Assembly: GCA_951406725.2 (NCBI GenBank)
Contig: OX597819.1
Coordinates: 49,662,001-49,726,000 of the forward strand
DNA: 64,000 bases
DNA from: Octopus vulgaris
Lineage: Eukaryota
Direction: 5' to 3'
Part shown: positions 40,190 to 54,260 of the stretch, piece after piece
Position numbering within the stretch: the first letter of the stretch is position 1
Layout of the letters: each line of letters begins with the position of its first letter
The notes under the pieces: generated by a model
The model's database searches: none
Seen by the model: the letters and a program-made list of their open reading frames with translations, nothing else
What the model was told of the DNA's origin: nothing
Position numbers and translations under genes: made by a program

Positions 40190-40830
40190 CATAGGATTCA
40201 GCATGCAGGTATTACCACAATCAACACACCTTCTCTGAAAGAACTACAGAAAGTTATTGACTTTTTCACTGTTGCATCTGAAAACATTGGTCTAATTTTC
40301 ACTATAAAGCAACTATGTTGCATCAACAAGTATTCAAGACGGGAAATTGGTTCAGTTATTCGGGTAGGATGAACAGATGGGGGAAAATTGTAGAGGATTT
40401 CCAATACCTGGATTGACTGGACACCTAGCGCACGATGTAGATATAAAGGAGGAGGTCCAACACCAGATTATGTGTGGCTGTATACCCTTCGGTTAACAGA
40501 GAAAATCAGGTATATACAGACCATGATCTGAGACAAATCACCAGGCATACGAGGTGTAAGGCAGTTGCTTTACTCATACTTATATGAGGCTCTGAAACAT
40601 CAACAAATTATAGACGCCATTTTTAGTAAATTGGAAATATACTATCGGAGATGTCTGGAGAAAATCATGCACATCCAGCGGCAGAACAGACAGAGGAAAT
40701 GTCAGTGTGCTTGAGCAAGTCAATATTACTGCATTGAACAGCCATGATTACGTGACATCATTTTCGATGGATAGGCCATGTCACACGAATGACGGACCAT
40801 CGGCTGTGCAAGCAAATTTATTTTGTTTGC
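40190..40830 (+). pseudogene. Degenerate RTE-class LINE, reverse-transcriptase C-terminal region
   Basis: Frameshifted translation gives KLEIYYRRCLEKIMHIQ..NVSVLEQV..FRWIGHVTRMTDHRLCKQIYF, matching the RTE pattern RCLRKIL..W..GHV.RM...R.PK. Confidence 0.7.
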
Positions 40831-41315
40831 TTTTTTAACACGTTGCACAACGCAACGTAAATCAGAAAAACAGAAATCTAAAAATGATAGTCTCACTGTG
40901 GGTTAAATAAGAATGTAGACTCATTCCTTCAAGAGAAGTGACAAGAAAAGAAATGGAAAGGAGTCTCCTGGTAGACCGGTTCACAGTTTGTTGACCGCTC
41001 CCCAGAGAAGATGTATACATTCTTCCCCAATCAATAGTATTAATCAGCTGCTTATGTAGGTGAATAACCGATACAAATAGGGACAGATTGTTTATGTTAA
41101 AAGCGACCACTTCGACACCTCACGAACAGAACAGCTCAGTGATGAATGTGGAAGGGAGTAAAATAACAAATGCAACACCTTTTTTTCACGTGAGGCGACA
41201 AATACCAGATCTACGACCGAAATGGTGGTTAATTCTAAAGCAGTTAAATCTGGTGGACAATCATAGTTGGCCCCACAGGGTTACCGACGATATATATCTA
41301 CATACACATTATATA

Positions 41316-42591
41316 CAGGGTGCGGTGAATAAATTGTCTAAATCACGCAAAAAGGAAAATAACACTGACATCTCATTTTAACAGATTTTACTAAAATTAC
41401 CTTAAAATATCTTGAGATACTAAACAACAAATTAATTCAATAAAATCGCCATTGGCTTCAACCACCGCCTCCGACGAGTTCGGAATCTCTTGCAACTCTT
41501 CTAGACGGTCTCCTTGTTTAAGTTGGTGAATGCTGCCATAATCCTTGTCTTCAGTTCATCTTTGGTGTTACAGGGAGTTTCCTTGGTCTCTCGCTCAACT
41601 GCATCCCACACATAATCAAAGAGGTTGCGGTCTGGGGAGTTGGGTAGCCAGATGTTAGGGGTTATGTGGTCGTAGAAATTGACTGATAGCCACGACTGGG
41701 TTTTCCTGTTTGTGTGGCATGGTGCCGAGTCCTGTTGCCAGACATAGGGTCTTCTAGCAGCCACCCTTTTGACTCGGGGTAGCACTACCTTCTCCAGACA
41801 CGTGTTGAGACTGAAGCCGTGTGGGAAGATGAATGGAGGCATAACGTCACCATCACTAGTGATCACCCCAAACACCATGATGTTGACTGGGTGCTTGATT
41901 TTTATCACTCTCGGTACATGTTTTGGAGATACTGCAAGTCAGCGGTTGTTCTATGTGTTCACGTAAATCAGAAAAACAGTATTTCTCGTCTGAGAAAAAC
42001 CAAAGCATGTTCGGTTGGAGGGGATGCTTGAGTTTGTTCGAACGCTTAGTAGTGCTGTCTTTCTTCTTGTCCTTGATAGCTTGGAATAAAAACTGGCCCT
42101 TTCTTATCTTGTATGGGGAATACCGAATGTCTTCATGCGCTACCAGCCTGATAAGAAACTCAGACAGTCCCATGTCCGCGCTGATGGACTTGATTGTCTT
42201 GGAGGGATCGTTATCAATAACGGCCTGTATCTCACCAACAAGTTCAAGAGTTCTTTTCTTATCGGGATGATCAGAGTGAGTTTTCCGAGCTGCCGTACCT
42301 TCGTAACCACCATTAGACTCATCCAACTCTTTCCGAATCCTTTGCACTGTCCTCGGATTGACACCCAGACACTTTGAAATTTTCGTATTGGAACTTCCAA
42401 TGCAAATGCCGAGTAGTACAGCATGTCATTTCCAAATTTCTAGCAGAGTGAACAGCGTCATGGTGCTGTTTTTTCTCACAGACGGTACCCAACTGAACCT
42501 ACTATACTGTGTAGTCGACAAAATCAAGAACAAACTGCACATGCGCGAAATTAAAGATATATAAACCCGACAATTTACCCATCGCATCCTG
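41316..42591 (-). mobile_element. Full-length decayed Tc1/mariner transposon, DD37D (maT) family
   Basis: 23-bp TIRs CAGGGTGCGGTGAATAAATTGTC (41316-41338) and its reverse complement with 4 mismatches (42569-42591). TA flanks the left end, TG the right. 1276 bp with an internal transposase pseudogene. Confidence 0.92.
41434..42461 (-). pseudogene. DD37D/maT transposase pseudogene
   Basis: ATG at 42461, premature TGA after 11 codons, and frameshifts. Track ORFs 41856..42347 and 41501..41908 carry WFFSDEK, YVWQQDSAPCH and WLPNSPDRNLFDY. I count 37 residues between the 2nd and 3rd catalytic Asp. Confidence 0.9.
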
Positions 42592-42707
42592 TGTATGTGT
42601 GTGTGTTCATTTGGACGATAACTAATGAGGATTTGGCGACCTTTTGTGTATGTTTTTCCTTTGTTTGTGCTTATATTAAGTGTTTCTAAAACATATACAT
42701 CTCATAG

Positions 42708-42895
42708 GGCGGCGAGCTGGCAGTGTCATTAGCACACCGAGCATAATGCTTAGCGGCATTTCGGCCGTCTTTACGTTGTGAGTTCAAATTCCGACATTCC
42801 TTTTCACTCTTTCAGGGTCGAGAAAGAACGCTGAGGTAGATGTAATCCATTTAACCCTCCCCCAAAATTGCTGGCCTTGCGCCAAAATTTAAAAC
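42708..42895 (+). mobile_element. SINE family A copy
   Basis: GGCGGCGAGCTGGCAG..GAGTTCAAATTCCG with a CCTCCCCCAAAATTGCTGGCCTTG tail variant. Confidence 0.75.
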
Positions 42896-42905
42896 CAATC
42901 TATAC

Positions 42906-43087
42906 CAGTGCTCTGCAAACTTTCATTTGCGGTACACTTATATTCCTTTCAAACTTGGGAGGCACACCTGAACTAAAAATATAACTAAATGTATAGGGTG
43001 AAAATTATATCCAGGTTACACTGCGGCACACCTAGCATGCTCTCGTGGCACACCAGTGTGCCGCAGCATACCCGTTGCGGGGCACTG
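42906..43087. mobile_element. hAT (Charlie-like) MITE, 182 bp
   Basis: TIRs CAGTGCTCTGCAAAC and GTTGCGGGGCACTG. 8-bp TSD ATCTATAC/ATCTATAA (7/8 match). Subterminal GCGGCACACC..GTGTGCCGC motifs. Confidence 0.75.
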
Positions 43088-44697
43088 ATCTATAAACATA
43101 AAACACACACACGTATCCACACATACGCACATACATGAGCTTATACATATACATATACAGGCGAACCTATACACACTAGCGCACCCAAGCCCATACACAC
43201 ATACATACGCGTACTTATGTACACGCGTGTAGTTTCATATATGTATACACACGCACCCAAGCACACACACACACACACACACACGTATGTATACATTTTC
43301 AAATTAAGGTGACTGCGTATTAAGAGATGATTATGGGCTAGCTCATCCGCAAGTGAGCAATTTAGAAACACGCCGTGGAGATGCGAGATATCCTGCCCTC
43401 CTATTCAAAGACACATGTGCATGAATGGTGGAAGGGTGTTGGCACAGAGTTTGCGCACCATTGCCTCGATTTAGCGCACGTTCCAATATACCCTGAAGCG
43501 TAGAGATGGGAGCAAGTATTAGCTCGGAGAGTAATGGCGCCAGCAGGAGAACTAGGGAAACATAACCACACATGAAGACATTGAGATGTAGACGGGGTTG
43601 GGACGGTGGAAAGGGGACAAAGATTTACTAAAGAAAACAACCTAAAGAGACTGAGCCTACGTGTAAGTCTCAAAGGAATCATTCGCCTTCCTAGAAAGAG
43701 CAGTCAAATATCCCTTACATTATACAATGCAATTGTAAATATAGAAAGAGATAGTGGACGATGTAGTTCATTATGTACAAATCAGATGAGATTATCACGG
43801 CTGGAACGACGTTGATAATAGGTCTGCTTGGTCCGAATCGACCAGGACCTGAACAATAATGAACCGAGCCGACAATTTCCCTCAAATAATATCCTTTAGT
43901 CTTAAAGGATATATTAGACAATGTAGACCCCTCTGGTTTTCACGGTATCGGAACTTGTTTGGTTATATGCCCGCGGGATCAGAATTGGCATGGGGTTAAA
44001 CAATAAGCCAGAGTGCCTCTTCCTGAGCACAGTGGATAACGTAATCCTTTATATACGAAAAGGCAAGATGATCACAGTTGGAATACCATTGATCACCTAT
44101 TTAAGCAACCAGTCACCGGGTCTAAACAACTACACCATTTTAAGATGGCTGGACAAAGTTGCAATATGGAAAAAAAAATTGGAGCTGATTTCGGTTAACC
44201 ACAACTCCCTAGTCGTGTTGGTTGTGGTGTCCAAAACCATGACCTCACTCTTTGGCATTCAGATTACTTTCTCAAATATAACGTTAATTTATTCATATTG
44301 TTTTGAATTAATCATGGCTCATCTTGTAGCATTAAGATTTCGTTGATGTGCTTGTTTATTTTGACAATGACATTGTAGAGTAGGTGAGAGAGGCAGAACA
44401 TGACCAGTTTGAACATAAAACAGGTAGAATATTTGGGTGGGGGCGGATATGACAGCTTTACATGTTAAAGGTCTAAAAAAAAACAAAAGAACAATCTGCT
44501 CAGGTGATGCTATGAAGTTAGACATAGCCTGGGCCAATAATGGTCAAAACCTAAGTTATGTTTTTAAAACTATCTTTGCAATTTTGTTGTGAATATCTTT
44601 TGTTATATAAAAGATTTTATATATTTTAGATAAAAGGCCATTATCAAAGGATGAGAGAATATTCATTGTCCTTAAAAGAAAAAAGATGGTTCACTAT

Positions 44698-45100
44698 AGG
44701 TGCAGGGGTGGCTGTGTGTAAGTAGCTTGCTTACGAACCACATGGTTCCGGATTCAGTTCCACTGCGTGGCACCTTGGGCAAGTGTCTACTATAGCCTCG
44801 GGTCGACAAAAGCATTGTGAGTGGATTTGGTAGATAGAAACTGAAAGAAGCCCGTCGTATATATGCATATATATATATATATGTGTATGTGTGTGTTTGT
44901 GTGTCCCCCCAACATTGCTTGACAACCAATGCTTGTGTGTTTATGTCCCCGTAACTTAGCGGTTCGGCAAAAGAGACCGATAGAATAAGTACTAGGCTTA
45001 GAAAGAATAAGTCCTGGGGTCGATTTGCTCGACTAAAGGCGGTGCTCCAGCATGGCCACAGTCAAATGACTGAAACAAGTAAAAGAATAAAAGGATAAAA
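44698..45100 (+). mobile_element. SINE family B, full length
   Basis: Colinear with 26518-26890 from head to the GAATAAAA tail. Confidence 0.88.
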
Positions 45101-45974
45101 GAATATGTTGTAATCAGTTGTTTCGGCGTATCGGGTTCAAGAGCCCGGGATGGTTCGAGCGGCTAACAGTACGAATGGTAAGGCAATAAACCAGTTATCT
45201 TGGAATCTCCGAGCCGTAGCAATCAATGAAGAGGGGGAAAGAGATTTGGAGGTGAGGGTAATGAATGCAGTGGGAGGTAGGAGAAATTTGGAGAGGTAGA
45301 AGCGATACGTACATTAAGAAGCTCAGTTCTGGTTGTTAACCGGTTTATATCAATGCTGAAGGGATTTATGGTCATCCGATATATTTTATTAGTGGTGACG
45401 GTACGCCCGTTTCACGATATGTTGTCTGTCAAACAACTTGCTTTTATAAGTGTTTACGTGTAAATGTGTATATGTAAGGTCGTTTAGCAAAACATGTGTG
45501 CATCATGCTAGATGGAGGGCTACACCACACAATACGTCCAGTCTCAGTACAAACATATCGTAGACAATCAAACACTCGTTTTCAGTTTTAAGTGTCAGGG
45601 GGGGGGGTTGCTAATAGCGGAATCGAAAAGTCTCGTTGTCTCCTCCCTCACCAAATTTTGCTTACATTCACTGGAAAGGTTTAATCGTGTATATATACAT
45701 ATAAGCATCTATTTGTATACACAAGATTCACTATACGCACACACAAACACACACACATACACACGCGCGTGTGTGTATGTGTAATTAAGGTATAGTATTT
45801 TGTTGAATGTGGTGAAGAAATTGTCGGACGTTATGAGGAAGCACGCATACTAAAGATTATCAGACACATTACAAATCTGCTTGTCATCTGTCTATATGTG
45901 TAAGTCTGTGTGAAACACAGACTTACACATATAGACAGATGACAAGCAGATACTCACACACCTTACGTACAGGA

Positions 45975-47990
45975 TAAAGTACACACAACCACACACAAGC
46001 AAGTACACACAACCACACACAAGCAAGTACACACAACCACACACAAGCAAGTACACACAACCACGCAGAAGCAAGTACACACAACCACGCAGAAGCAAGT
46101 ACACACAACCACACACAAGCAAGTACACACAACCACGCACAAGCAAATACACACAACCACGCACAAGCAAATACACACAACCACGCACAAGCAAGTACAC
46201 ACAACCACACACAAGCAAGTACACACAACCACACACAAGCAAGTACACACAACCACGCAGAAGCAAGTACACACAACCACACAGAAGCAAGTACACACAA
46301 CCACACACAAGCAAGTACACACAACCACACACAAGCAAGTACACACAACCACACACAAGCAAGTACACACAACCACACACAAGCAAGTACACACAACCAC
46401 ACACAAGCAAGTACACACAACCACGCACAAGCAAATACACACAACCACGCACAAGCAAGTACACACAACCACGCACAAGCAAGTACACACAACCACACAC
46501 AAGCAAGTACACACAACCACACACAAGCAAGTACACACAACCACGCAGAAGCAAGTACACACAACCACACAGAAGCAAGTACACACAACCACACACAAGC
46601 AAGTACACACAACCACACACAAGCAAGTACACACAACCACACACAAGCAAGTACACACAACCACACACAAGCAAGTACACACAACCACGCACAAGCAAGT
46701 ACACACAACCACGCACAAGCAAGTACACACAACCACGCACAAGCAAGTACACACAACCACACACAAGCAAGTACACACAACCACGCAGAAGCAAGTACAC
46801 ACAACCACGCAGAAGCAAGTACACACAACCACGCAGAAGCAAGTACACACAACCACACAGAAGCAAGTACACACAACCACGCAGAAGCAAGTACACACAA
46901 CCACGCACAAGCAAGTACACACAACCACACACAAGCAAGTACACACAACCACACACAAGCAAGTATATACAACCACATACAAGCAAGTACACACAACCAC
47001 GCAGAAGCAAGTACACACAACCACGTAGAAGCAAGTACACACAACCACGCAGAAGCAAGTACACACAACCACGCAGAAGCAAGTACACACAACCACGCAG
47101 AAGCAAGTACACACAACCACACACAAGCAAGTACACACAACCACACACAAGCAAGTACACACAACCACACACAAGCAAGTACACACAACCACACAAGCAA
47201 GTACACACAACCACACAAGCAAGTACATACAACCACACAAGCAAGTACACACAACCACACACAAGCAAGTACACACAACCACACACAAGCAAGTACACAC
47301 AACCACACACAAGCAAGTACACACAACCACACAAGCAAGTACACACAACCACACACAAGCAAGTACACACAACCACACACAAGCAAGTACACACAACCAC
47401 ACACAAGCAAGTACATACAACCACATACAAGCAAGTACACACAACCACGCAGAAGCAAGTACACACAACCACGCAGAAGCAAGTACACACAACCACGCAG
47501 AAGCAAGTACACACAACCACGCAGAAGCAAGTACACACAACCACGCAGAAGCAAGTACACACAACCACGCAGAAGCAAGTACACACAACCACACACAAGC
47601 AAGTACACACAACCACACACAAGCAAGTACACACAACCACACACAAGCAAGTACACACAACCACACACAAGCAAGTACACACAACCACACAAGCAAGTAC
47701 ACACAACCACACAAGCAAGTACATACAACCACACAAGCAAGTACACACAACCACACACAAGCAAGTACACACAACCACACACAAGCAAGTACACACAACC
47801 ACGTAGAAGCAAGTACACACAACCACACAAGCAAGTACACACAACCACACAAGCAAGTACATACAACCACACAAGCAAGTACACACAACCACACACAAGC
47901 AAGTACACAACCACACACAAGCAAGTACACACAAGCAAGTACACACAACCACACACAAGCAAGTACACAACTACACATAAGCAAGTACAG
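45975..47990. repeat. 24-bp minisatellite (AAGCAAGTACACACAACCACACAC)n, ~2 kb
   Basis: About 85 units with 22-bp variants. Generates the three spurious ~700-aa ORFs. Confidence 0.97.
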
Positions 47991-48440
47991 ACAGACAGGC
48001 GTACAGACATACATACATACATTGAGATGCAGAGGCAAAAAGATAGATGCATATACTTAACTGGTTTCTCAGAATAAACAAAGATATTATGTCACAGGAA
48101 ATATCACACTTTTGGAACTCTTCCGAACTCTCTACTGCTGCCCACCATCCGGATTATCCTACTAACCAACCATCTCTCTCTCTGTCTCCCTCCCTCCTCT
48201 CTATTCTACCAGCCATCATAATCAAATTAAGCGTTAATTAAGAACGTCTTCGATCTTTTCACAATTGCCAGTAACACGGGAACACATAAATCTAGATTCA
48301 AATGAATCAGATTTAGCTTAAACTGAACTGTGATAGTTTCTCATCGGTGTGTGACATGTCTGATTTGACGCCGTTATCATGTCAAAGAACGAAATTGAAA
48401 AGTAACCACCGCTGTCACCATCGCCACCAACCATTCTCTC

Positions 48441-48482
<42 letters not shown>

Positions 48483-49744
48483 TGATGTCCTATTTGCTTT
48501 CATCCCCCCACCATCATTCCCTATTTCTCCTCTTGCCCTCTCTCGGTCTGTTAGTCGACATTCTATCTCGAGGGACTGCGCCGTATCGGGTTCTTATTAA
48601 AAGACCAATATAACGACCATCATCTCTCACAGATCGGCTTACGGGAGTCCTTCCGACTAAGTACCGTCTAACTCTCTCGCCTCCACCTCTTCTTCATCCC
48701 CTCTTCTCCTCCGCACCACGTCATTCTCGTCAACATCTTCCTTCTTCCTTTTGCCGATACCCACATCGTTTAATTCCCTCGCTTACGAACGCAATAACAC
48801 ACACACACACACACACACGTCAACAACAACAACAACAACCTCCAGCACCATTACCAAATTCCAGATTATGTTTCAAGACATATCAACAAAACTTTGGAGC
48901 CTGGATCTTCTTGGGATTAAATGGAGAAATTCGAAAGCTTTAAATCGAAAGAGACAAACCTCAGTAACCTTAACTCAATTACAAATTGAAAGAAGAAAAG
49001 AAAGAGAAAATAAAAACGGATAAAAGAAAACACAAAAACAACTGAAACAAAACATCGAAAACAATACACTCACAAAAGCCAGCCTTGCTCTTTAGTCTCT
49101 CTCTAATCAAACTCCGCCCACTTAGAAAGATGGGATATAAGCATTAGAGACTTAGTTTGAGCTACGGAGATAGGGGTTCTGTTTTCATTACGTTAATGTT
49201 TTAAAGAAAAGATTTTATAAAGGACATTACTTTGACGAAGATAAAACTAAATGGAAGTTTGAAAACAAACAAAAAAATTAATAAAAACCAATAAGAGCAA
49301 ACTAAATTGGTTTCGCTCGGGCAAACTAATGATCAATGGTATTCCGGCCATGACCATCCGAGCATATATATTTTCAGGCATAGAGTACAATAGATAACGC
49401 TTTCCAATGCGTCGCTATTCTTATGGTGGTAGGATGTAATTTCAGGAAGATTTAGATTTGGCTGTTACGTCTAGCAAATCAAAAGACCTGTGATCAAAAG
49501 CCGTCCACCTATGGCCATCAGAGGCTCCCTATTACCGTTGTTGTTGTTGTTTAACCCCCAGTAGACTGATAGATCTATGAACAAAGGCATTCCAGCCATA
49601 ACCATTGAAACACTTTTAAAATATATTTACACATGATATATGTGAAACTACGCATTCCTTGCCTTTTAAAAAAAATTAATAAGATATGATTTGTAAGATT
49701 TGGTTTCTAATTCTAGCACATCGAGCAGGTTGTGTGTTTAGATT

Positions 49745-50140
49745 ACTCTTTTACTTGTTTCAGTCATTTGACTGTGGCCATGTTGGAGCACCGCCTTTAG
49801 TCGAGCAAATCGACCCCATGACTTCTTTTTTGTAAGCCTAGTACTTATTCTATCGGTTTCTTTTGCCGAACCGCTAAGTTACGGGGACGTAAACACACCA
49901 GCATCGGTTGTCAAGCGATGTTGGGGGAACAAACAGACACACAAACATATACACACACACATACATATATACATATATACGACGGTTTTCTTTTCAGTCT
50001 ACCAAATCCACTCACAAAGCTTTTGGTCGGCCCGAGGCTATAGTAGAAGACAGTCACCTAAGGTGCCACACAGTGGGACTGAACACAGAACCATGTGGTT
50101 GATAAGCAAGCTACTTACCAGACAGCCACTCCTGCGCCTG
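49745..50140 (-). mobile_element. SINE family B, full length
   Basis: Reverse complement of the same body. Confidence 0.85.
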
Positions 50141-50984
50141 TTGAAATTAGATCTAAAAAATACAATAGATGGTGCGCGTTCGATTTCCAGACCAGCTCGT
50201 TAAGTATGTCATCATTTCTGCTTGGTGCATATAAAATGAACAAACCGCGTCTCATTATTGTAATGTCATGTGTTCCAGCCCACTCAGCTGGCAAAAAGGA
50301 GTCGTAATTCAAAGGGCCAGCTTTGTCACACTGTGTCACGTTGAATCTATCTGAGAACTATGTTAAGGGTACACGTGTCTGAGTGCTCAGCCACTTGCAC
50401 GGTATTTCATGAACAGGCTGTTCCGTTGATCGTATCAACTGGCACACTCGTTGTCATAACCTACTGTGTGTGTGTGTGTGGATACATACATACATACATA
50501 CATACATACATACATACCCACCCACCCGTTTGTGGGTATATCGCGCGTATTCAAACATTTATACCCACGTTTCTGTATGTGTGAGTTTGCAAATCGATGC
50601 GCTAGGACCTATAGTATTTGGCAGCAAGCCATAACAGATTAGAATTGGGCCTGTAGATCTGTGAGATCTCTGAGCAACTGCCCAGTATGCTCATGTCTTG
50701 AGACGACACTGCATGTATGTATGCATGCATGCACGTATATCGTCGCCTGATTTTCACAGTGCCACTTCTTCCTTGGGCGCCTTTAGCGGAGACGACTGTG
50801 TTTCAGGCATTCGGGTCAGATCTCTTGTTTGAAGGTTAATTTCCTCCCTTTCTCGCATCAGTCTCGGTGGCTCTAAAATAAATATAGGATTATGGGTGCA
50901 GTCCATCTCTCCTTGGTTAACCAATGATGGTGAGGACAGAGAAAAGATCCGCTTGTACGAAGTGAATTATTTGAAACCCAAATA

Positions 50985-51335
50985 TAGGTGCTGACGTGGT
51001 TGTGCGGTAAGAAGCTTGCTTCCCAACCACATGGTTTCGGGTTCAGTCCCACTGTGTAACACCTTGGGCAAGTACCTTCTACTATAGCCCCGGGCCGACC
51101 AAAGCCATGTAAGTAAGTGGATTTGGTAGACTGTCACTGAAAGAAGTCGGTCGTGTGTGTGTGTGTGTCTCACAGCCGCTTGACAACTTGTTGATGTGTT
51201 TGCGTTCACGTAACTTAGCGGTTCAAAATATACCGATACAATAAATACTGGTATCGATTCGTTTGATTAAAATTCAAGGTGATACCCCAGTATGGCCGCA
51301 GTCTAATGATTGAAACAAGAAAACGATAAAAGATA
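50985..51335 (+). mobile_element. SINE family B
   Basis: Colinear with the other copies. Confidence 0.8.
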
Positions 51336-52491
51336 GACGAATTCTTTTAGTATCACAAACACCCAGTCAAACAGAGAGCTTGAAGAGTGTTTAAATTGGC
51401 GAGGGATAAGCTCTGCCATGTAGAAAAAGCCCAAGATACACCGTATGTCACGTCGGCGCCCCTACGACTCCCTCAATAGTTGAGGGAACCCTCACATGGA
51501 AGAACAATGATCGCTTGCATTCGTTCATTCTCTCACATTTTATGCCCAACCACATCTACCACAACCGAGTCAATGTTTAGTAGAATGAAAAGTGGCAAAC
51601 AGTCCATCCGTCTTAACAGTAACATTTTCGCATGGCTTCTACTTTATGAATAAAATTTTAAAAAGAAATTTAAAATATAAATACGGTAACAAAAGAAAAA
51701 ATTTAAAAATATATAAAAAAATGTAAGCACAAAACGAAATGAAAGAAAGAAAAAGAAAATTATAACAAACAATGGGCAATAATTTTTGTTTTTATATAAA
51801 ATGACCTAATTAGTTGTGTTGAGAACTGTTAGACTAATTATGTAAAAAGTTGAAAAATTTAGCAATTAGTTTCGGATTTGCTAGAACGATTAAGCCCAGT
51901 AAAATTAAACTAATATACGCGCTCATAATGTATATTGGGTGATTAATAGAACATGTATAAAACGGAGAAAAAATTTGAGAAGGTGTAGGAGAAATAAAGA
52001 TTGAGAGAGAAAGGGAGGGGGAGATAACTTATCGGTCTACTAGACACACGTACTTACACATATGTATGCATACGGAGTGGCGCTCACACACGCACCAAAT
52101 AGTTACTCCTTTCTTTCCTTAATTTATGAAAGTCTAAGCGTTCTGGCAGCTTTTACATAAGAATATCACTGTAGCTTCTTGCGACTAGAAGCCATCACAG
52201 CTTGATACGATGAACTTTAACAGAGCTGGTGTAATTATGCTCTAGCCATTGGTGCAGACCGTTTCTGTTGACCTCTTCTCCACCTCGTAACGACTACGAG
52301 AGCGTTACGGATGGTCATTACAGACTGTGTGACTGGAACAATAAATGATTGTTTAATAGTCTTAACAGCTATTAGCTAACATTTCATGTTCTTTAGATGT
52401 TTTACCGATGTAATTATATCGATTGAACATATATGCAGTGAATAGCGCGCGCACAAACAGAGAGGGTGAGAGGAGAAGTGTGTATTTATGG

Positions 52492-52524
<33 letters not shown>

Positions 52525-53606
52525 AGTGTGTATAAATATAACGACTAAATAGAAACATGGTTATTCGTTTACATTACCCACTCTAAAATTTATATTCCAG
52601 TTATTCTCTTGTCTTTATGGATGACGTAACTATCATCTGATCTTGTCCATCATTACCGAACAACAATCCTTCTTAGGTTATCAACGGTTACATTACATTT
52701 TTCCATCACCGAAAACCTTGTCTTCAAACTACAATAGGGTTGAGATAACCCTGGTTACTTCTCAGAACCCTCATCGTCTTTTCCTCTCTCTCTTTTTTCT
52801 CTCGCTCGCTCTCTATCTATCTATCTCTTTGTGTGTGTAGATAACAACCTCCTCTTACTCAAAGAACCCTCCACCGATGCCGTGTTATTCATGTGACCTT
52901 CCTTGGGAAATTGCATATCTTCAACACAGATAAATCAGTGATGAAGAAAAACTAGTTTTCTACTTCAAAGCCAAAAACTATTTAGCTCTTTGTAGCCATC
53001 TAACCTTAACGAAAATCCAATCTGTTCATATGTGTAAATTTTGTTCATATAGCCATATCCCATCCTCACCACCACCATCACCACAACACCACCACCACCA
53101 TCACCACAACACCACCACCACCATCACCACTCCATCCATTGCTAACATTTCTTAGATTAATTGATAAAAACCCTTATTCTGTTTTCTTCTATCGCTGCTA
53201 TCATGGCGTCTGCATCTCAGAGCCTCGCCGCTTTCGATTTAGTTGTGTTTAAAATCAAAAATCTCTCATCCCATCATCAATCTATCAATCTTACCATTAC
53301 ATACTCATCTCATTTGCTTTCTTAGATTCCACATGACTAATGCTTTAACTAAATTGCTCCACACTGCAATTTTCTTTCCTTCGTAGAAATTCTACCAAAC
53401 CAAACTCGATTTCTCCTCCAACCCGCCTTCCACCACCACCACCACCTCTATTTTTCTCTTTCTGAACCAAAGAGAAAGCATGCCCTCAGTTCAAACGTGC
53501 GATACAATAAAGAATACACTAAAGTCGTTGTTTCAAACGACTGTCACACCACTGCACTGCAGAATCAAGCATTATGCTAATAATAATGTGGTTACAAAGG
53601 GGAGGA

Positions 53607-53641
<35 letters not shown>

Positions 53642-53902
53642 GTATATATAGCTATTCAAACGTATCAGTTTAGCCACTGAGGCAGATTTATTTACATGAA
53701 CCAACGAGGGAGTCGCTGTGTGGTTGCCCAGTTGGCTAGAAATAGAAGCCAGTTTCTCTCAAAACACGTCGCCTTGAAATAAAAATATATTGGACCATAT
53801 AGTCCAGGGCACAGTATTCCTGGTAAGATAGGACGGTCGAAGCTGGAATGCCTTCGATCATGTTTCTGTTTCATTAAGGCTAACGTGGAGCTAAATAACG
53901 TT

Positions 53903-53941
<39 letters not shown>

Positions 53942-53969
53942 TTGTTTGTGTGTGAGTGAGTGTGTGAAG

Positions 53970-54260
53970 GTGTGTGATCTAGTGGTAAGGCGTGTTGTAC
54001 TCACAATCGCTCGATCGTAGATTCGATTCCTGGATCGAGCATTGCGCAGTGTTCTTGAGCAAAACACTTCACTTCCTTTGCTCCAGTCCACTCAGCTGTC
54101 AATGGGTTACCCTGCGACCGATGAGCCTTCCGTTCAAAGGGAATGTTGGCTTGCTCGCCTATCCAGCAGTGTAGCAGCATTAGAAAATTAAACTGATGCT
54201 ATGTGCATTGTGACCAGCGATGTATAACATCTGATAGTCTGGTCGATCATGTGATATATA
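53970..54260 (+). mobile_element. SINE family C (tRNA head; TTGCTCCAGTCCACTCAGCTG core)
   Basis: Related copies at ~10110-10340 (-), ~50270-50300 (-) and ~60480-60700 (+). Confidence 0.65.

Noticed and set aside
43380-43900. Unique, moderately GC-rich stretch with short ORFs
   Set aside because: No frame gave a recognisable domain or convincing splice-bounded exon; left unassigned.
45975-47990. CRISPR-like regular array
   Set aside because: Contiguous tandem units with no unique spacers, no cas genes, and a eukaryotic context.
45892-48052. Three ~700-aa Cys/Val/Leu-rich ORFs
   Set aside because: All three frames are open only because the 24-bp minisatellite lacks stops; there is no unique coding sequence.
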